Source: Eledone cirrhosa
Taxonomy: Eukaryota
DNA: 64,000 nt
Assembly (NCBI GenBank): GCA_964016885.1
Contig: OZ024743.1
Location: 368,590,001-368,654,000, forward strand
Direction: 5' to 3'
The translations under genes and the position numbers were made by a program. Shown here one piece after another: positions 50,776 to 62,934 of the stretch (position 1 is the first letter of the stretch; every line of letters begins with the position of its first letter). The notes beneath the pieces are model-generated. The model had not been told where the DNA came from and made no database searches. It worked only from the letters and a program-made list of their open reading frames with translations.

Positions 50776-51835
50776 CATGATGGCAGCCACCTTGCACTCG
50801 AGTATAGCAATTGCTGAAATTTTCAAACATGCTATTGCATGTTTGTAGCATGGATGTGACTTTAGGTCAGCAAGAATTCTACATTTTTTGGCACAGATGT
50901 TACAGACATTGCTTTAGCAACAGGAATCAATTACTAGTTACCATGTACTTTCATTGATAGCAGATTGTTATACTATACACACCAACGTAATCTGCATCTG
51001 TCCTTTTTACTTGGCTTTTTTTGTGATGCTTTAATCCAGCTTTGCTGTAGTAGACTCTCTTACACTTCATTGCATGTTAGTTCTTCTTGGTCTGTCACAG
51101 CCCTAGCAGTTCCACTTTTAAGCCCTTCCTCACATCCCTTTTGAACCTTTAATAATTTCATTTGGTCATTTCAAAATGTACTTTCCCTTCATACAGAGCT
51201 TCCCTCCATATGTTCAATCATTGGCAGCTTGTTCCCAATCTCTATCTTAGTTGCCAGCTTTCATCAAAGATGTTTTACAAAATCCTTTAACCTCATCTTA
51301 GGTTTATGAGGTGGATGTTTCTCATCCCCCAGCTCACCATAAAGAGGTTGTCCATCACCTGGAAACCAGAGTCACTTTCCCAACTTTCTAAAGGCATCAC
51401 TAGCTTTGCTGATTCTTGATGATATTTTACTGTCAAGGCTGCACAAATCTTTCCATCACCTGGAGTTTCTGTTCATACACTCTTATGTCAGGTTCTACAT
51501 ATGCCTTTCATGATGCCAGCTGGTACATGTTCACAGTCTTTTTTCATGCTGTTTATTAAACCAAGCACAGAACATGCACTCCTAAAGGAGTCCATTAGGT
51601 AATGCATATTTTCCTGCGCGTGGGCAAAATTATTGCAGTCTTCTGCATACAGTAATTTTCTTAACAGTGAGAATATGACATTCGTATTGGTACCAAAATG
51701 TCTTATGTTGAAAAGCTTCCCAGATGTACGTAACCTGATGTATATTCCATGTTGACAATCTTTGAATGCCATTAACAATACCACTAGAAAGAACAGTGAA
51801 AACAGTGTTGGTGCTGTTATGTTGCTGTTATGTCA
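50776..51835 (-). mobile_element. Decayed RTE fragments
   Basis: ORF 51488..51784(-) has GIYIRLRTSGKLFN..LLYAED; an RTE-type tail is at about 50770. Confidence 0.7.
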
Positions 51836-51837
51836 CC

Positions 51838-52492
51838 CATACATACATATGTAGACTTATCATTATTGGCAGTATCAGTAGAGGGTCGGAAGCCATGCTT
51901 TGCAGCAAAGAGTTACGGCCCTTTATGATCTGAGTTCAAATCTCGCCGAGGTTAACTTTGCCTTTCATCCTTACGGGGTCAATAAAATAAAAAGTACCAG
52001 TAATGCACTGGGTAATTGCTGGCCTTGTGCCCAAAGTAGAAACAATTATTTCTTTAAATTTCTCAGAATGACCAAGCATTACTGTAGATCATAACAAAAG
52101 GGTTCTGATCATTGTAACAACAATGTTTATATTTAAAAGAGTGTAGTTATTCTAATTATATATACACCAGCTCAACATGTAAAAATATATATATATATAG
52201 GCCAGGTGACACACATTATGTGCCACTCCATTTTTAATATTATTTCTACACTATGCAAACACTATTCCTTAAAAATTGCAGTTACTATTGAAATGGGCGT
52301 ATTAGCTGTTTGTTTTGGTCTTGGTTCATTGCAGATATAGTTCCAGCTTTATAAAAATTGCTTATGTCATAGTCTGCATTGAAAGTAAACCAACCATTTT
52401 CAGGCAGGTTAGCAAGTTATATATGTTTAGTACAAAGTTTCAACCTTATTAACAAACTAACAACAGCGGCATAACGTTTAGTAGTAGTAGTC

Positions 52493-52531
<39 letters not shown>

Positions 52532-52657
52532 ATAGTAGTAGTGATAGTAGTAGTAGTAGTAGTAGTGATAGTAGTAGTAGTAACTAGAGCAGCAGCTCAG
52601 TTAAGTTCACAGAAAAAAACTGTATACCTTGAGATTATGATCCCAGAATGTGGGACA
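51838..52657. repeat. Right arm of the inverted duplication of 25361-26020, containing a SINE at 51868-52045
   Basis: The SINE is flanked by ATTATT on both sides (51862-51867 and 52046-52051). The left arm has a single such motif and no SINE. Confidence 0.9.
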
Positions 52658-52907
52658 TGCCCACTTAAACCATATCAATAGTGATTGGTTGACTTAGGTT
52701 CATAAGAAAGGACTGGAAAAATTCACCAACATAAATCCCAGGAACATCATCCTACAAGAACTAAAAAAATTAAAACCCTTTTATGAACAACACATGTCCT
52801 GTGAAGGGTTCTAATCAACACCATATAGCTTGTATAACTGCAGGACTATAATTTGTAACTGGTGATACAAGATGGAAACAAGAAACTCATAGTCAATAAA
52901 AATAATA

Positions 52908-53122
52908 TTGGTTTCTGATTGAGGCACAAGGCCAGCAATTTTTTTTTTTGGGGGGGGGGGGATTGATCTAATAGACCTCAGTATGTTACTGGTACTTTAT
53001 TTTATCGACCTTGTAAGGATGAAAGGTAAAGCTGACCATGGTAGGATTTTAATTCAGAATGTAAAGGAACGTAACTTTATGCCGCAAAGCGTGTTGTTTA
53101 ATGCTCTACCAATACTGCCTAA
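52908..53122 (-). mobile_element. Diverged Nin-type SINE
   Basis: The reverse complement contains CCTTTCATCCTTACAAGGTCGATAAAATAAAGTACC and GGCCTTGTGCC. Confidence 0.75.
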
Positions 53123-53929
53123 TAATAGTAATAATAATAATTGTACTTGCCATAATTTCACCATCATACTATAACATTTACATGAGGGTGTACAAAAATG
53201 TGTAGAATATAAAAATAGTTATATAAAGGCAAGGGAAAATGATTTAATAACTAAAGTACCTAGCTAAAAGTAAGCCAGTCTACTTGGCATTCACTTAAAA
53301 TAAAATAGATAGGGACTTGGATCATTAATTTTATTACTTTTCTTAGTTTAACCAGGAAGCATTTATCATCATCATCGCTGTTTAACATCTATTTTCCATT
53401 TTTACATAGATTAGATGGACTGTCATGTTCTGAGACTAGACTGGTCAGATGACCATGCTGTGCTCACATGCTCTGTTTTTGACTTGGTCCTAACATTAGG
53501 CATTTTACTGGGTGTACTGAGTACATGGAAATTGTAGAACTTTGGAAATAGGATGATTCATCAGTTGTGTCAAAGACATGACAACCTCTCCTGTGCACTC
53601 AATAGAATGTAAGATTTTATGTAAACGAGATGCAAACTCATCTGGGCTGTCTGGGAGGTTTGTAGCCCTGCTTCAGTACTGACTTAGTCTATGTCAACTT
53701 TTCCAACTCTTGCTAGCTGGAAAAGTGAGATGTTAAACAATAGGATGATGATGGTCATCATCATCATCATCAAAATAGTAGCAAACAGAAGTTACAGGTA
53801 GTAAGTAGATTCAGAAAATTATAAGGATTAGGAAACTTTTGTGATCATTTTTTTACTTCACATGCTTTGTATGGTTGGATGTCTTCTTCAACAAAACGTA
53901 CCTGTTGATTTGTTGTTACTGTCTCAGGT

Positions 53930-54225
53930 CATTGTCGTTCACCTGATCAATGATCAGTTTCCAGGCCCCACCACAAGGAGTTCAACAAACTTGCATGGGC
54001 ATCCCTGAATCAGCTACGCACAGATGTCGGACAATTCAATGCCGCTATGCACTACTGAGAGTTGTGGCCATCAACAGCTTGCCAGTGTAACTCGCCAGAT
54101 CAGACTGCAGAACACATACGGAATCAGTGCCGAGATCTCCACCATTCTGAGAACGTGGACCTCATGCACCCTAATCCCATTACCATGAGCTGGTTGCAGC
54201 CCCTGAGGGATATCCCATGATTGCT
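53930..54225 (+). mobile_element. Ingi/Vingi-like LINE C-terminal fragment
   Basis: WASLNQLRTDVGQF..MH*..ACQC..QTAEHI..QC resembles the W..LNRLRTG..C.C..QT..HI..C terminus of I-group (Ingi/Vingi) ORFs. Confidence 0.55.
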
Positions 54226-54898
54226 GTCTCATATGAAAGAACACAGCTTTTCTCTACTTTTCGCATTTTTTCAGCATCTCTTCTGTAAGTTTCTGTATCC
54301 TGAGATCAGCTTTCACCATATTTGACCAGATCTTTCCTGGTTATATACATATATGTGAATGTATTTGTGCTTGTGTGTGTATGTGTATGTGTGTGTATGT
54401 GTAAGTGTACATGTGTGTGTGTCCATTAGGTTGTTTCCTATTTATAGGGAAAATTTGTTTTTAGTTGGAATCTCCTCATGTTAATTGCACCCTAAATATG
54501 AATTTAGGGTGCACAAAAGTTATTCAGGCAAAAATACAAGGAGATACGAATATATTAAAGGGTTGCACAGTTTGGTGTTTTTTGAATGCTATGCCAAAAA
54601 ATATGCAAAATATTTACTTCAACACTTGTTGATTATAGCTAGGTTGCATTTTTTGTCTGTTTTCCTCTGTGTACATGTAGGAGACATTTCTACTGTTTAT
54701 ATGATCCTAAATGAAAATAAAACCAATCATAAACTTAAACTAAGTACCTTAGAAATAATTTTACATCTGTGATTTGTTTTCATTGTTCATACAAAGAAGA
54801 AATATTTGTTATCACATACAAAGAAGAAATATTTGATATCACATACAAAGAAGAAATATTTGAGCTTTTTGATAATTGTTTTGAGAAGAAAGATGCAT

Positions 54899-56972
54899 GA
54901 GAAGAAAGATGCATGGAAGAGTCATTATGATAGATTACTAAATGAGGAGAATGCATGGGAAGAAGAGACCCTACCCCAAGTAGACCCTATAGAGGGGCCA
55001 GCAGTACAAGTCAGCAGCAACGTAGTAAGTAAGATATGAAGATGGGGAAGGCAACCGGTCCATCGGGTATAGCTGCCGAGATACTGAAGGCATCTGGGTC
55101 TGTAGGTCATACTATAACCACACGTATTGTTAACCAGGTAATACTAGAAGGTGTCATACCAAAAGATTGGTGCAGTAGCATCATTGTCAACTGCTACAAA
55201 GGTAAAGGTGATGCACTAGATAGAGGAAACTATAGAGGTATAAAGCTGATGGGCCAGATCATGAAAGTAACAGAAAGAGTTATAGCACAGTTGATTAGGG
55301 ACCGGGTGAAAATAGACGAGATGCAATTTGGGTTTGTACCAGGAAGAGGCACCACTGATGCCCTCTTCCTTGTGAGGCAGTTACAGGAAAAGTACCTAGC
55401 TAAAAGTAAGCCACTCTACTTGGCATTTGTCGATCTTGAGAAAGCTTTTGACAGAGTTCCACATGCTGTAATCTGGTGGGCTCTTAGAAAACTAGGAGTA
55501 GATGAATGGCTTGTGAAAGCGGTACAAGCAATGTATAGGGGAGCAGTCAGCAAAGTTAGGATTAGCAATGAGTATAGCGAGGAATTTAGCGTACAGGTTG
55601 GGGTCCACCAGGGCTCTGTTCTTAGCCCCCTCCTCTTCATCATAGTCCTGCAGGCAATAACGGAGGAGTTTAAGACCGGATGCCCATGGGAACTCCTGTA
55701 TGCTGATGACCTCGCACTTATAGCTGAATCTATGGTAGAACTAGAGAATAAATTCCAAACTTGGAAGCAGGGACTAGAAAGAAAGGGTCTCAAAGTCAAC
55801 ATGACAAAGACTAAGATCCTTGTAAGTAGACGAGAAAACAGAACCCAGATCCCCTCAGGGAAATGGCCTTGCTCAGTATGTAGGAAAGGTGTAGGTAGGA
55901 ACTCCATTCTCTGCCCCAAATGCAAACAATGGGTACACAAGAGATGTAGCGGGATCTCAGGAAGCTTAATTAAGAATGTAGGCTTCACATGTAGCAGCTG
56001 TGCTGGGACAGCAAGCAGCAAACAGCCACAGGAAACAAGTACCACCAATCTCTGGGAGGGCTCTGTAGAAACAGTAGACAGCTTCTGCTACCTAGGTGAC
56101 CGAATTAGCAGCGGAGGTGGGTGTTCAGAAAGTACAATAACTAGGGTAAGAACGGGATGGAAGAAGTTTAGGGAACTACTACCACTGCTAGCTGCAAAAG
56201 GCTTCTCCCTCAGAATGAAAGGCAGACTGTATGATGCGTGTATCCGAACAGCGATGTTGCATGGTAGTGAGACCTGGGCGCTGAAGGTGGAAGACTTACG
56301 TAGATTAGAGAGAAACGAAACCTGCATGCTCCGATGGATGTGTAACAGTAATATACGTGAACGACAAAGCATAAATGAATTGAGAGAGAGACTGAGCATA
56401 AGAGGAATCAAATGCTGTGTGCAGGAGAGGCGGTTGCGTTGGTATGGACATGTGATGCGTATGAAGGATGACAGCTGCATAAAAAGGTGCAGAGCACTAG
56501 AAGTCGATGGAAACCGCGGAGTGGGGAGACCCAAGATGACCTGGGATGAGGTGATAAAAGTCGACCTTACCCAATTACACCTCTCAAAGGCAATGACACA
56601 CGACCGTGACCTCTGGCGTCACGCAGTAATACAGAGTACCCGACCTCCCATGGGTACAAGCTGAAGCATATAGACAATATGCCCCCACACACCCCCACCG
56701 CAAGGTGGTCGTGGAGGTGCCACGGCAAAAAAGCACCCAGTCCACACTGTAAAGTGGACGTGTAGACGCCACGAAAAAGCACCCAGCACTCACTGTAAAT
56801 GAGGTTGGTGTTAGGAAGGGCATCAAGCTGTAGAAATCAAGCCAAATCAGTTCCTGTATGAGCAAGGCATGGTCAGCCGACCAGACACTGCCCACAACAG
56901 GACAACCCGTCTAACCCATGCTAGCATGGAAGAACGGACGTAAAACGGTGATGATGATGATGATGATGATGA
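54899..56972 (+). mobile_element. Young 5'-truncated RTE LINE with an uninterrupted 542-aa RT ORF (55036..56664), 3'UTR and (GAT)n tail
   Basis: All RT motifs are present (NYRGIKL, FVDLEKAFD, HQGSVLSP, YADD), plus a C4HC3 insert, RRLRWYGHV and GRPKMTW. Confidence 0.96.
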
Positions 56973-57129
56973 ATTCAACAAGATAATGAGATTACAATAA
57001 ATTTCTAATGCTAGGTTCATTGCATTGTTGGTTCAGTACTGGTTTGGTTAGCTAGTAGTAATCACACTGGTTTTTCATCCATTGTTACAAAGTTAAATAA
57101 TTTTCTTCTCTTTTGTTTTTCATAGATTA

Positions 57130-58600
57130 AATGGATTCCAGAAATGTAAGAACCCAAAAACTCATTAAAATATAATTGATTGATTGATTGATTTCGCAGA
57201 GAATTAGAAAATGTAAACCAGAAAGGCCATTTGGCTGCTTAAGAGAAAGCCTGAGGGGCAGTTACCTCAGACACTGTAAAAACAATAGCCAAAAGATCCA
57301 GGAAGTTTGGGGAAAAGCAAATATCCCTACCAAAATGGAAAAAAACATCTGCTCTTCAATCAAGAAATTGTATAAAGAGTATCAAGGAATGAAAAAAAGA
57401 AGAGTCAAGGATGACTGGCAAAAAAATTGCAAAGTGTGAGATTTGGAAAGGGGAAATCAAAGAAATTTTTTTAATTGCAAGCCAGGATCTTCTCGAACAA
57501 TAGGATGTCCCATCTGAAGACAAAGCTTTCCTTAAGATACAGTGAGAAGATCAGATGCAGAACATATGAGAGCAATTCAGAAGCAGGATGAAGAAGATTC
57601 ATGATATGAAAGTAAGAAAGAGAAAGTCAAGAAGATGTCCGAGAAAGTAGCTCTTGAAAGTTGTCAAGCTCAGCTATTAATGATGATGATGATGAAAAAG
57701 AAATTTTCAAGTCAGCACTGCTCCCCAAAATCTTTGCTAATAAAGCTGACTCCCGACACCACTCTTGTTGCCATGTGAGAATGAGAAAAACTATTGGTAC
57801 GACAAGCAAGTACTTCTTACATCGCAATTGTAAAAGGTCTTGGTCATGCTGTGTCTGAACTTTCAGTTTCCCCCTCAACTGTTTATAAAGCATGACATGA
57901 ATCAGTCACCATGAGAAGATGGTTCAGGAAATCGAGTTATCCGCTTTCCCATCTGAAGACAGATCCTGGCTAGTCCTCCACTGAAATGGAGAATTATTAC
58001 AATCAGCTTCCCGATCCAGTGCAAGATTGGATTGCAGTTTTAATTACACGAAAATAAAAGGAGTATCTCTTATGCATTCTGATTGCAAAAGATGGAACCA
58101 GACAGTAAATCATTGAAGTTGTTTTGAATGAAATTCAACGACTCAAAATTGAAGGTAAAATAATTGGTATGCCCTTCAACACCTTCACCAGTAACACTGG
58201 CATGCATCAAGGAGCTAATTCAAAAATTGAAGTAGCTCTAAAAAAAATCCCTTTTGTGCTGGCTTGCCATCATCACATTCTTGAATTGGTTTTGAAGAAA
58301 GTCTTTGAGATCTTTTTCTCATCATCTGGTCCCGGTATCCCAATGTTCAAAAAGTTCCAGGAACATTGTGACTCCATTGATAAGTCTTATTATCAAACTA
58401 TCCTGGATGATGATGAGTCCATGGAAGATTTTTACAAGCAAAAGAGGGAGATGGTTTAATATCTACTGATTGTACTGCTTTCTGGAGATTAACCCCGAAA
58501 AGACTATGCCGAGTTCATAAAGCTCTCCCTTTTCTATCTTGGTGGTTGGCCATCTCCCCAGTTCTCCTTTTTTGGTTCCAGAGTCTTACTAACAGGTCCA
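57130..58600 (+). pseudogene. Decayed DDE DNA transposase with CxxH motif (superfamily unresolved)
   Basis: Fragments VWGKANIPT, LVLH*NGELL, KIIGMPFNTFTSNTG..GA..IE..VLACHHHILELVL..SGPGIPMFKKF and DYAEFIKL, with many stops. Confidence 0.65.
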
Positions 58601-58824
58601 GGCTCATTTGATTACAGCATTACAGTATCCATCTGTCCACACACACACACACACACACACACACTCATTCTCTCCCTCTCTTTATGACTGATTGAACACT
58701 CACATGCTTTTTCTAAAAAAAAAAAAATTTCCGTCCCTTCATCTACTATATTTCTTCCTTATTTGCTTTGTTGTTTCTGTTTACTTCTTGCATATATATA
58801 TATTTACCTAATTTTCTGTGAACG

Positions 58825-61100
58825 CCAGCTTCATAGGGGTATATTTCAAGGAGACAGTCTCTCTGTGCTATTATTTATCCTGTCATTAAACCCACTAGCA
58901 GAAAAACCACCCTTCGGGTGGTTTTCTGCTAGTATATGAGTGTGTATATTGATATTATACGCAAGTATATATACATGTAGATATGATACGTCAAATAAAA
59001 TCGTAATTGACAATATATAATACATAGAAATTGAACAAAGACTGCGTTACACTGTCTTATTTAATCAGTAACGTAATCCATGATACATAAAAAAAGACGA
59101 TATTATATATAAACTGCATTAAGAGAAAATTAGTGACAGAAAATTAGCGATGGCCAACTGAGTGTTGATATTTCAGAAATTTTAAAGAAGTGAATCTTTA
59201 AATAAACAAAATATATTTCATGAACAGCCACGCATTTAGTAGATAAATTATGTAATATTCATTCATTATTTATTCAAAGTAATCCAACTTATTTTACAAA
59301 CGGGATAAAAAAAAATCTGTACGCAATCCCGCAAACCTTCCTTTATTATAGTTTAGATTGTCCTTTCTGCTCAAGAAATGTGAAGGATACATCATTGGCT
59401 CACAGGGGAGAGAAATATGAACCAAACCCATAATTCTTTTGTGGATGACCTGAAACTCCATGCCAAGTACGTAAATAGGATGAAGAAAAATCATGACCTA
59501 GTTACGTTTTCAAAGAAATAGAATTTTGCCAAGATCAATGTTCATATATGATAGTAAAGCGGGGAAAAACAAGCCAATCTAGCAAAATGTTTATCAATGG
59601 TCTAACTGTTTCACCGATATCTGACAAGGACTGCTACAGATACCTAGGCATAGATGAGAATATATCCTATGGAACAAGGAATATTTCACCCAATTAAGAA
59701 AAATATGGTCATCGGAACTCTCTGCACACACACCAGTGACTCACACCAACGTTTGGAATACCTGATTGGACGATAGACGAAATCTGAGCTATTGATGTTA
59801 AAACCTGAAATGTAAACCTCTACTTGAAACATAAGCAAGGAGGCCTAACATCATCCCAGACAGCATTTGTGTGTCACATCATATCCCTCTGATAACACAT
59901 ACAAACCTCCAAGTGTAGGAACCAATCTATTGAGCAAGTCTGTCTCTATTAGACAGATAAGATCACGAGGGTTGGGAAGGAACTCCTTGAAAGATACTTC
60001 CTGCATATTAATCAAAAACTTACATCTAGGGAAATTGCCCAGTAATACCGCAGTGAATCCATGGATGAAAACTGCATGCTTATCAGCAAAAAATCATGCA
60101 TGGATATGTTACCAGGAGGCTCCAGAGTGAGAGTAATATAGATAAGCAAAGTAGTCTATCTTGGACCAACAACCACTATATTGGCGCCCACTTTGAAGGA
60201 TGCGCTTTTGCAATCCCAAAACAGGAAATCAATACAAAATACCTGGTTCACAAAAGAGATAGGAATGCAGGCAACACACCTAGATGTGACAACAAATGTA
60301 GACTCTGCAGAATTAAAATCGAAGATGACACTCATGTCATAAGCAGCTGTCCAAAGATGTCATCGTGGTACTATCTACCTATGAGGCATGATATAGTGGT
60401 CAAAACATCGTAAAATACAATAAACATATTAAAAGTTACAGCAATGTGGAAGATGTACACATACATAATATGAAAGAGTACTGGTGGAATCTTTCAGTCA
60501 AAACCCCAATAAAATTCAAACATAACAGACCAGATATAATGATATGGGACAAGGAAAGGAAGGCATGCACAATAGTGGAAGTTAGTTGCCCAGAAGATGC
60601 CAATATAATATCAAAGATTAGAGAAAAGGAGAATATCTATGCAGAACTAATGAGAAATCTGCAAATACTCCACCCTGACTATACCTTCAGATTTATGCCT
60701 GTGTTTATTGGGGCACTGGGATATGTTAGTAATTGCTTCAATACAAATCTTGAGAAGCTAGGCTTTACAGGAACAGAAAGAACACAACTAATTAGGAAAT
60801 TACAAGTACAATCCATTAATGGACCAGTAAGAATATGTAAAATATTCCGAAAATTCTGCATCTAATAACTGCACAGATACAAAACATATGCACATGCACA
60901 CATACAACTCAAAATGTACACATCCACACAAACAATAACATCAAAACCTGCACACACATGAATGCAGACATACACATCTACCTAGTTGGTGTTGTGTCAA
61001 TTCCAATGAGAGAGTCTTGTGTCTATGTTAGAAACCAGTTCTCTCTCTATTGGCAACAATTTGTGAAATTAAAAAACCAGAAGAACATTCATACATACAT
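58825..61100 (+). mobile_element. Decayed R4/Dong-like element (RT to RLE), interrupted by a Helitron
   Basis: GIFQGDSLSVLLFILSLNP | LSFLL..FVDDLKL, YRYLGI, CRLC..HVISSC, RHD and HNRPDIMIWD..VEVSCP. Confidence 0.88.
58895..59357 (-). mobile_element. Non-autonomous Helitron, 463 bp
   Basis: The minus strand starts TCTAAACTATAATAAAG and ends with hairpin ACCACCCGAAGGGTGGT plus CTAG. It sits between A and T with no TSD; removal restores CCA|TTG (LNP-LSFLL) in the host RT. Confidence 0.88.
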
Positions 61101-61417
61101 GATGGCAGCCACCTTGCACTCGAGTATAGCAATTGCTGAAATTTTCAAACATGCTATAGCATGTTTGTAGCATGGATGTGACTTTAGGTCAGCAAGAATT
61201 CTACATTTTTTTGGCACAGATGTTACAGACATTGCTTTAGCAACAGGAATCAGTTACTAGTTACCATGTACTTTCATGTGCCACTTCAGGCCTCCTGCTG
61301 ATTGGCAGACTTCACATTGATAGCAGATTGTTATACCATACACACTAACGTAATCTGCATCAGTCCTTTTTATTTGGCTTCTTTTGTGATGTTTTAATCC
61401 AGCTTTGCTGTAGTAGA

Positions 61418-61830
61418 CTCCACCCTGACTATACCTTCAGGTTTATACCTGTGATTATTTGGGTACTGGGATATGTTAGTAACTGCCTCAGTACAAATCT
61501 TGAGAAGCTGGGCTTCACAGAACCAGAAAGAACACAACTAGTTAGGAAATTACAAGTACAATCCATTAATGGACCAGTAAGAATATGTAAAACATTCCAA
61601 AGATTCTGCATGTATACATGTACAGATACAAAGCATATACACATGCACACATACAACTCAAAACATACACATCCACACATACAATAACATCAATACCTGC
61701 ACATACACACATGCATGCAGACATGCAGACATATTTAGTTGATGTTGTTTAAATTCCAGTTAAAAACCGACTATTTCTCTCTAATCGTAAACATTTATAA
61801 AATCATAAAATCAGAACATACATACATATC
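61418..61830 (+). mobile_element. Third, more diverged copy of the R4-like 3' end
   Basis: ORF 61451..61687 has GYVSNCLSTNLEKLGF..VQSINGPVRICK. Confidence 0.85.
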
Positions 61831-62319
61831 TTTTCCCAAATCAACTTTCTGTAGAGAACTTGAAAAAGAAAACAAATGACGCTTTTACAATCCATTTTTT
61901 AATGTTTTATTCTATGATTTAAAATTTGTTTTGTGGAAGTTGATTTATTTATTATTTTATGTATTGAATCATATTTATTCATATTTCACATTTATAACTT
62001 CAGTATTATTGTTTTTATGTTCCATGACACAAGCATAGATTTTCCGCTACATAAGGCACCATTGTCAATTTTCACCATTCAAACAAAATACATGATTGTC
62101 AGAAGTTATTAAAAAGAACTTTTCAAAGTTTGCTCTGAAAAGTCATTTGAAGTAAAAATTATTTTACATGAGAGATAAGATATAACGATACATATGATTC
62201 AAGAAAAGCCATGAAATATGGTAGAATGTTTGTTAGACTAATTTTATCAGATAAATATCTAATCTGGATTCTATATTCACAGTACTATATCGGGATATAA
62301 AACATTTTATGGATAAATT

Positions 62320-62876
62320 TATAGAAGAACGCCCCAATCAATTTCTGGGGGAAATAATTATTTTTCCTCAGTATTTTCCTATCAATTAAATTACCTCCGA
62401 ATATGCTGCAAAGATTTCTTTTTCTCTAAAAAAACAGAGGAGGGAGAGGGGACCCTTGGACCTGCTCCCCTCCTGGAGTTTACTTTACCTTCTAACCCCA
62501 ACCCTAGCTCTAACCCAACCCTAACCATAACCCTAACTATAACCCTTACCCTAACTCTAATCCCAACCCTAACTCTAGGAAGGGTGAAAAGTCCGAAGGT
62601 CCTCCCTTTTCGCTCTGTTTTCTGTGGAAAAAATCCTTTACAGCATGTTCGGAGGTAAGATTAGTTGGTAGCACATGAAAAAAAAAACTAGGGGTAAATG
62701 GTAAAGAAACCTCCGGGGAAGGGGTAAAAAGTCCGAGGCTACCCCTTCTCTCCACTCCATTTTCCCAAGAAAAAATCTTTTGCCGCATATACGGAGATAA
62801 ATTTAATTGATAGTTCCTGAAAAAAGATTAGGAAATTTTTTTATTTCCTACTGAAATCGATGGGGGTGTTCTATTT
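62320..62876. mobile_element. Non-autonomous element with degenerate inverted termini and internal (TAACCC)n-like tract
   Basis: Left GAACGCCCCAATCAATTTC..CTATCAATTAAATTA.CTCCG.ATATGC.GCAAAGATT is inverted relative to right AATCTTTTGCCGCATATACGGAGATAAATTTAATTGATAG..GAAATCGATGGGGGTGTTC. CTAACC repeats lie at 62490-62575. Confidence 0.65.
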
Positions 62877-62934
62877 TATGTTTTTATATTTTGCATATTA
62901 CACATACTACTTTAGAATATCAAACTATAGGTAC

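Noticed and set aside
58894-58933. Rho-independent terminator (UUCG hairpin + T run)
   Set aside because: Eukaryotic context; explained as the Helitron 3' terminus.
62490-62575. True telomere
   Set aside because: Short, degenerate and internal to an inverted-repeat element.
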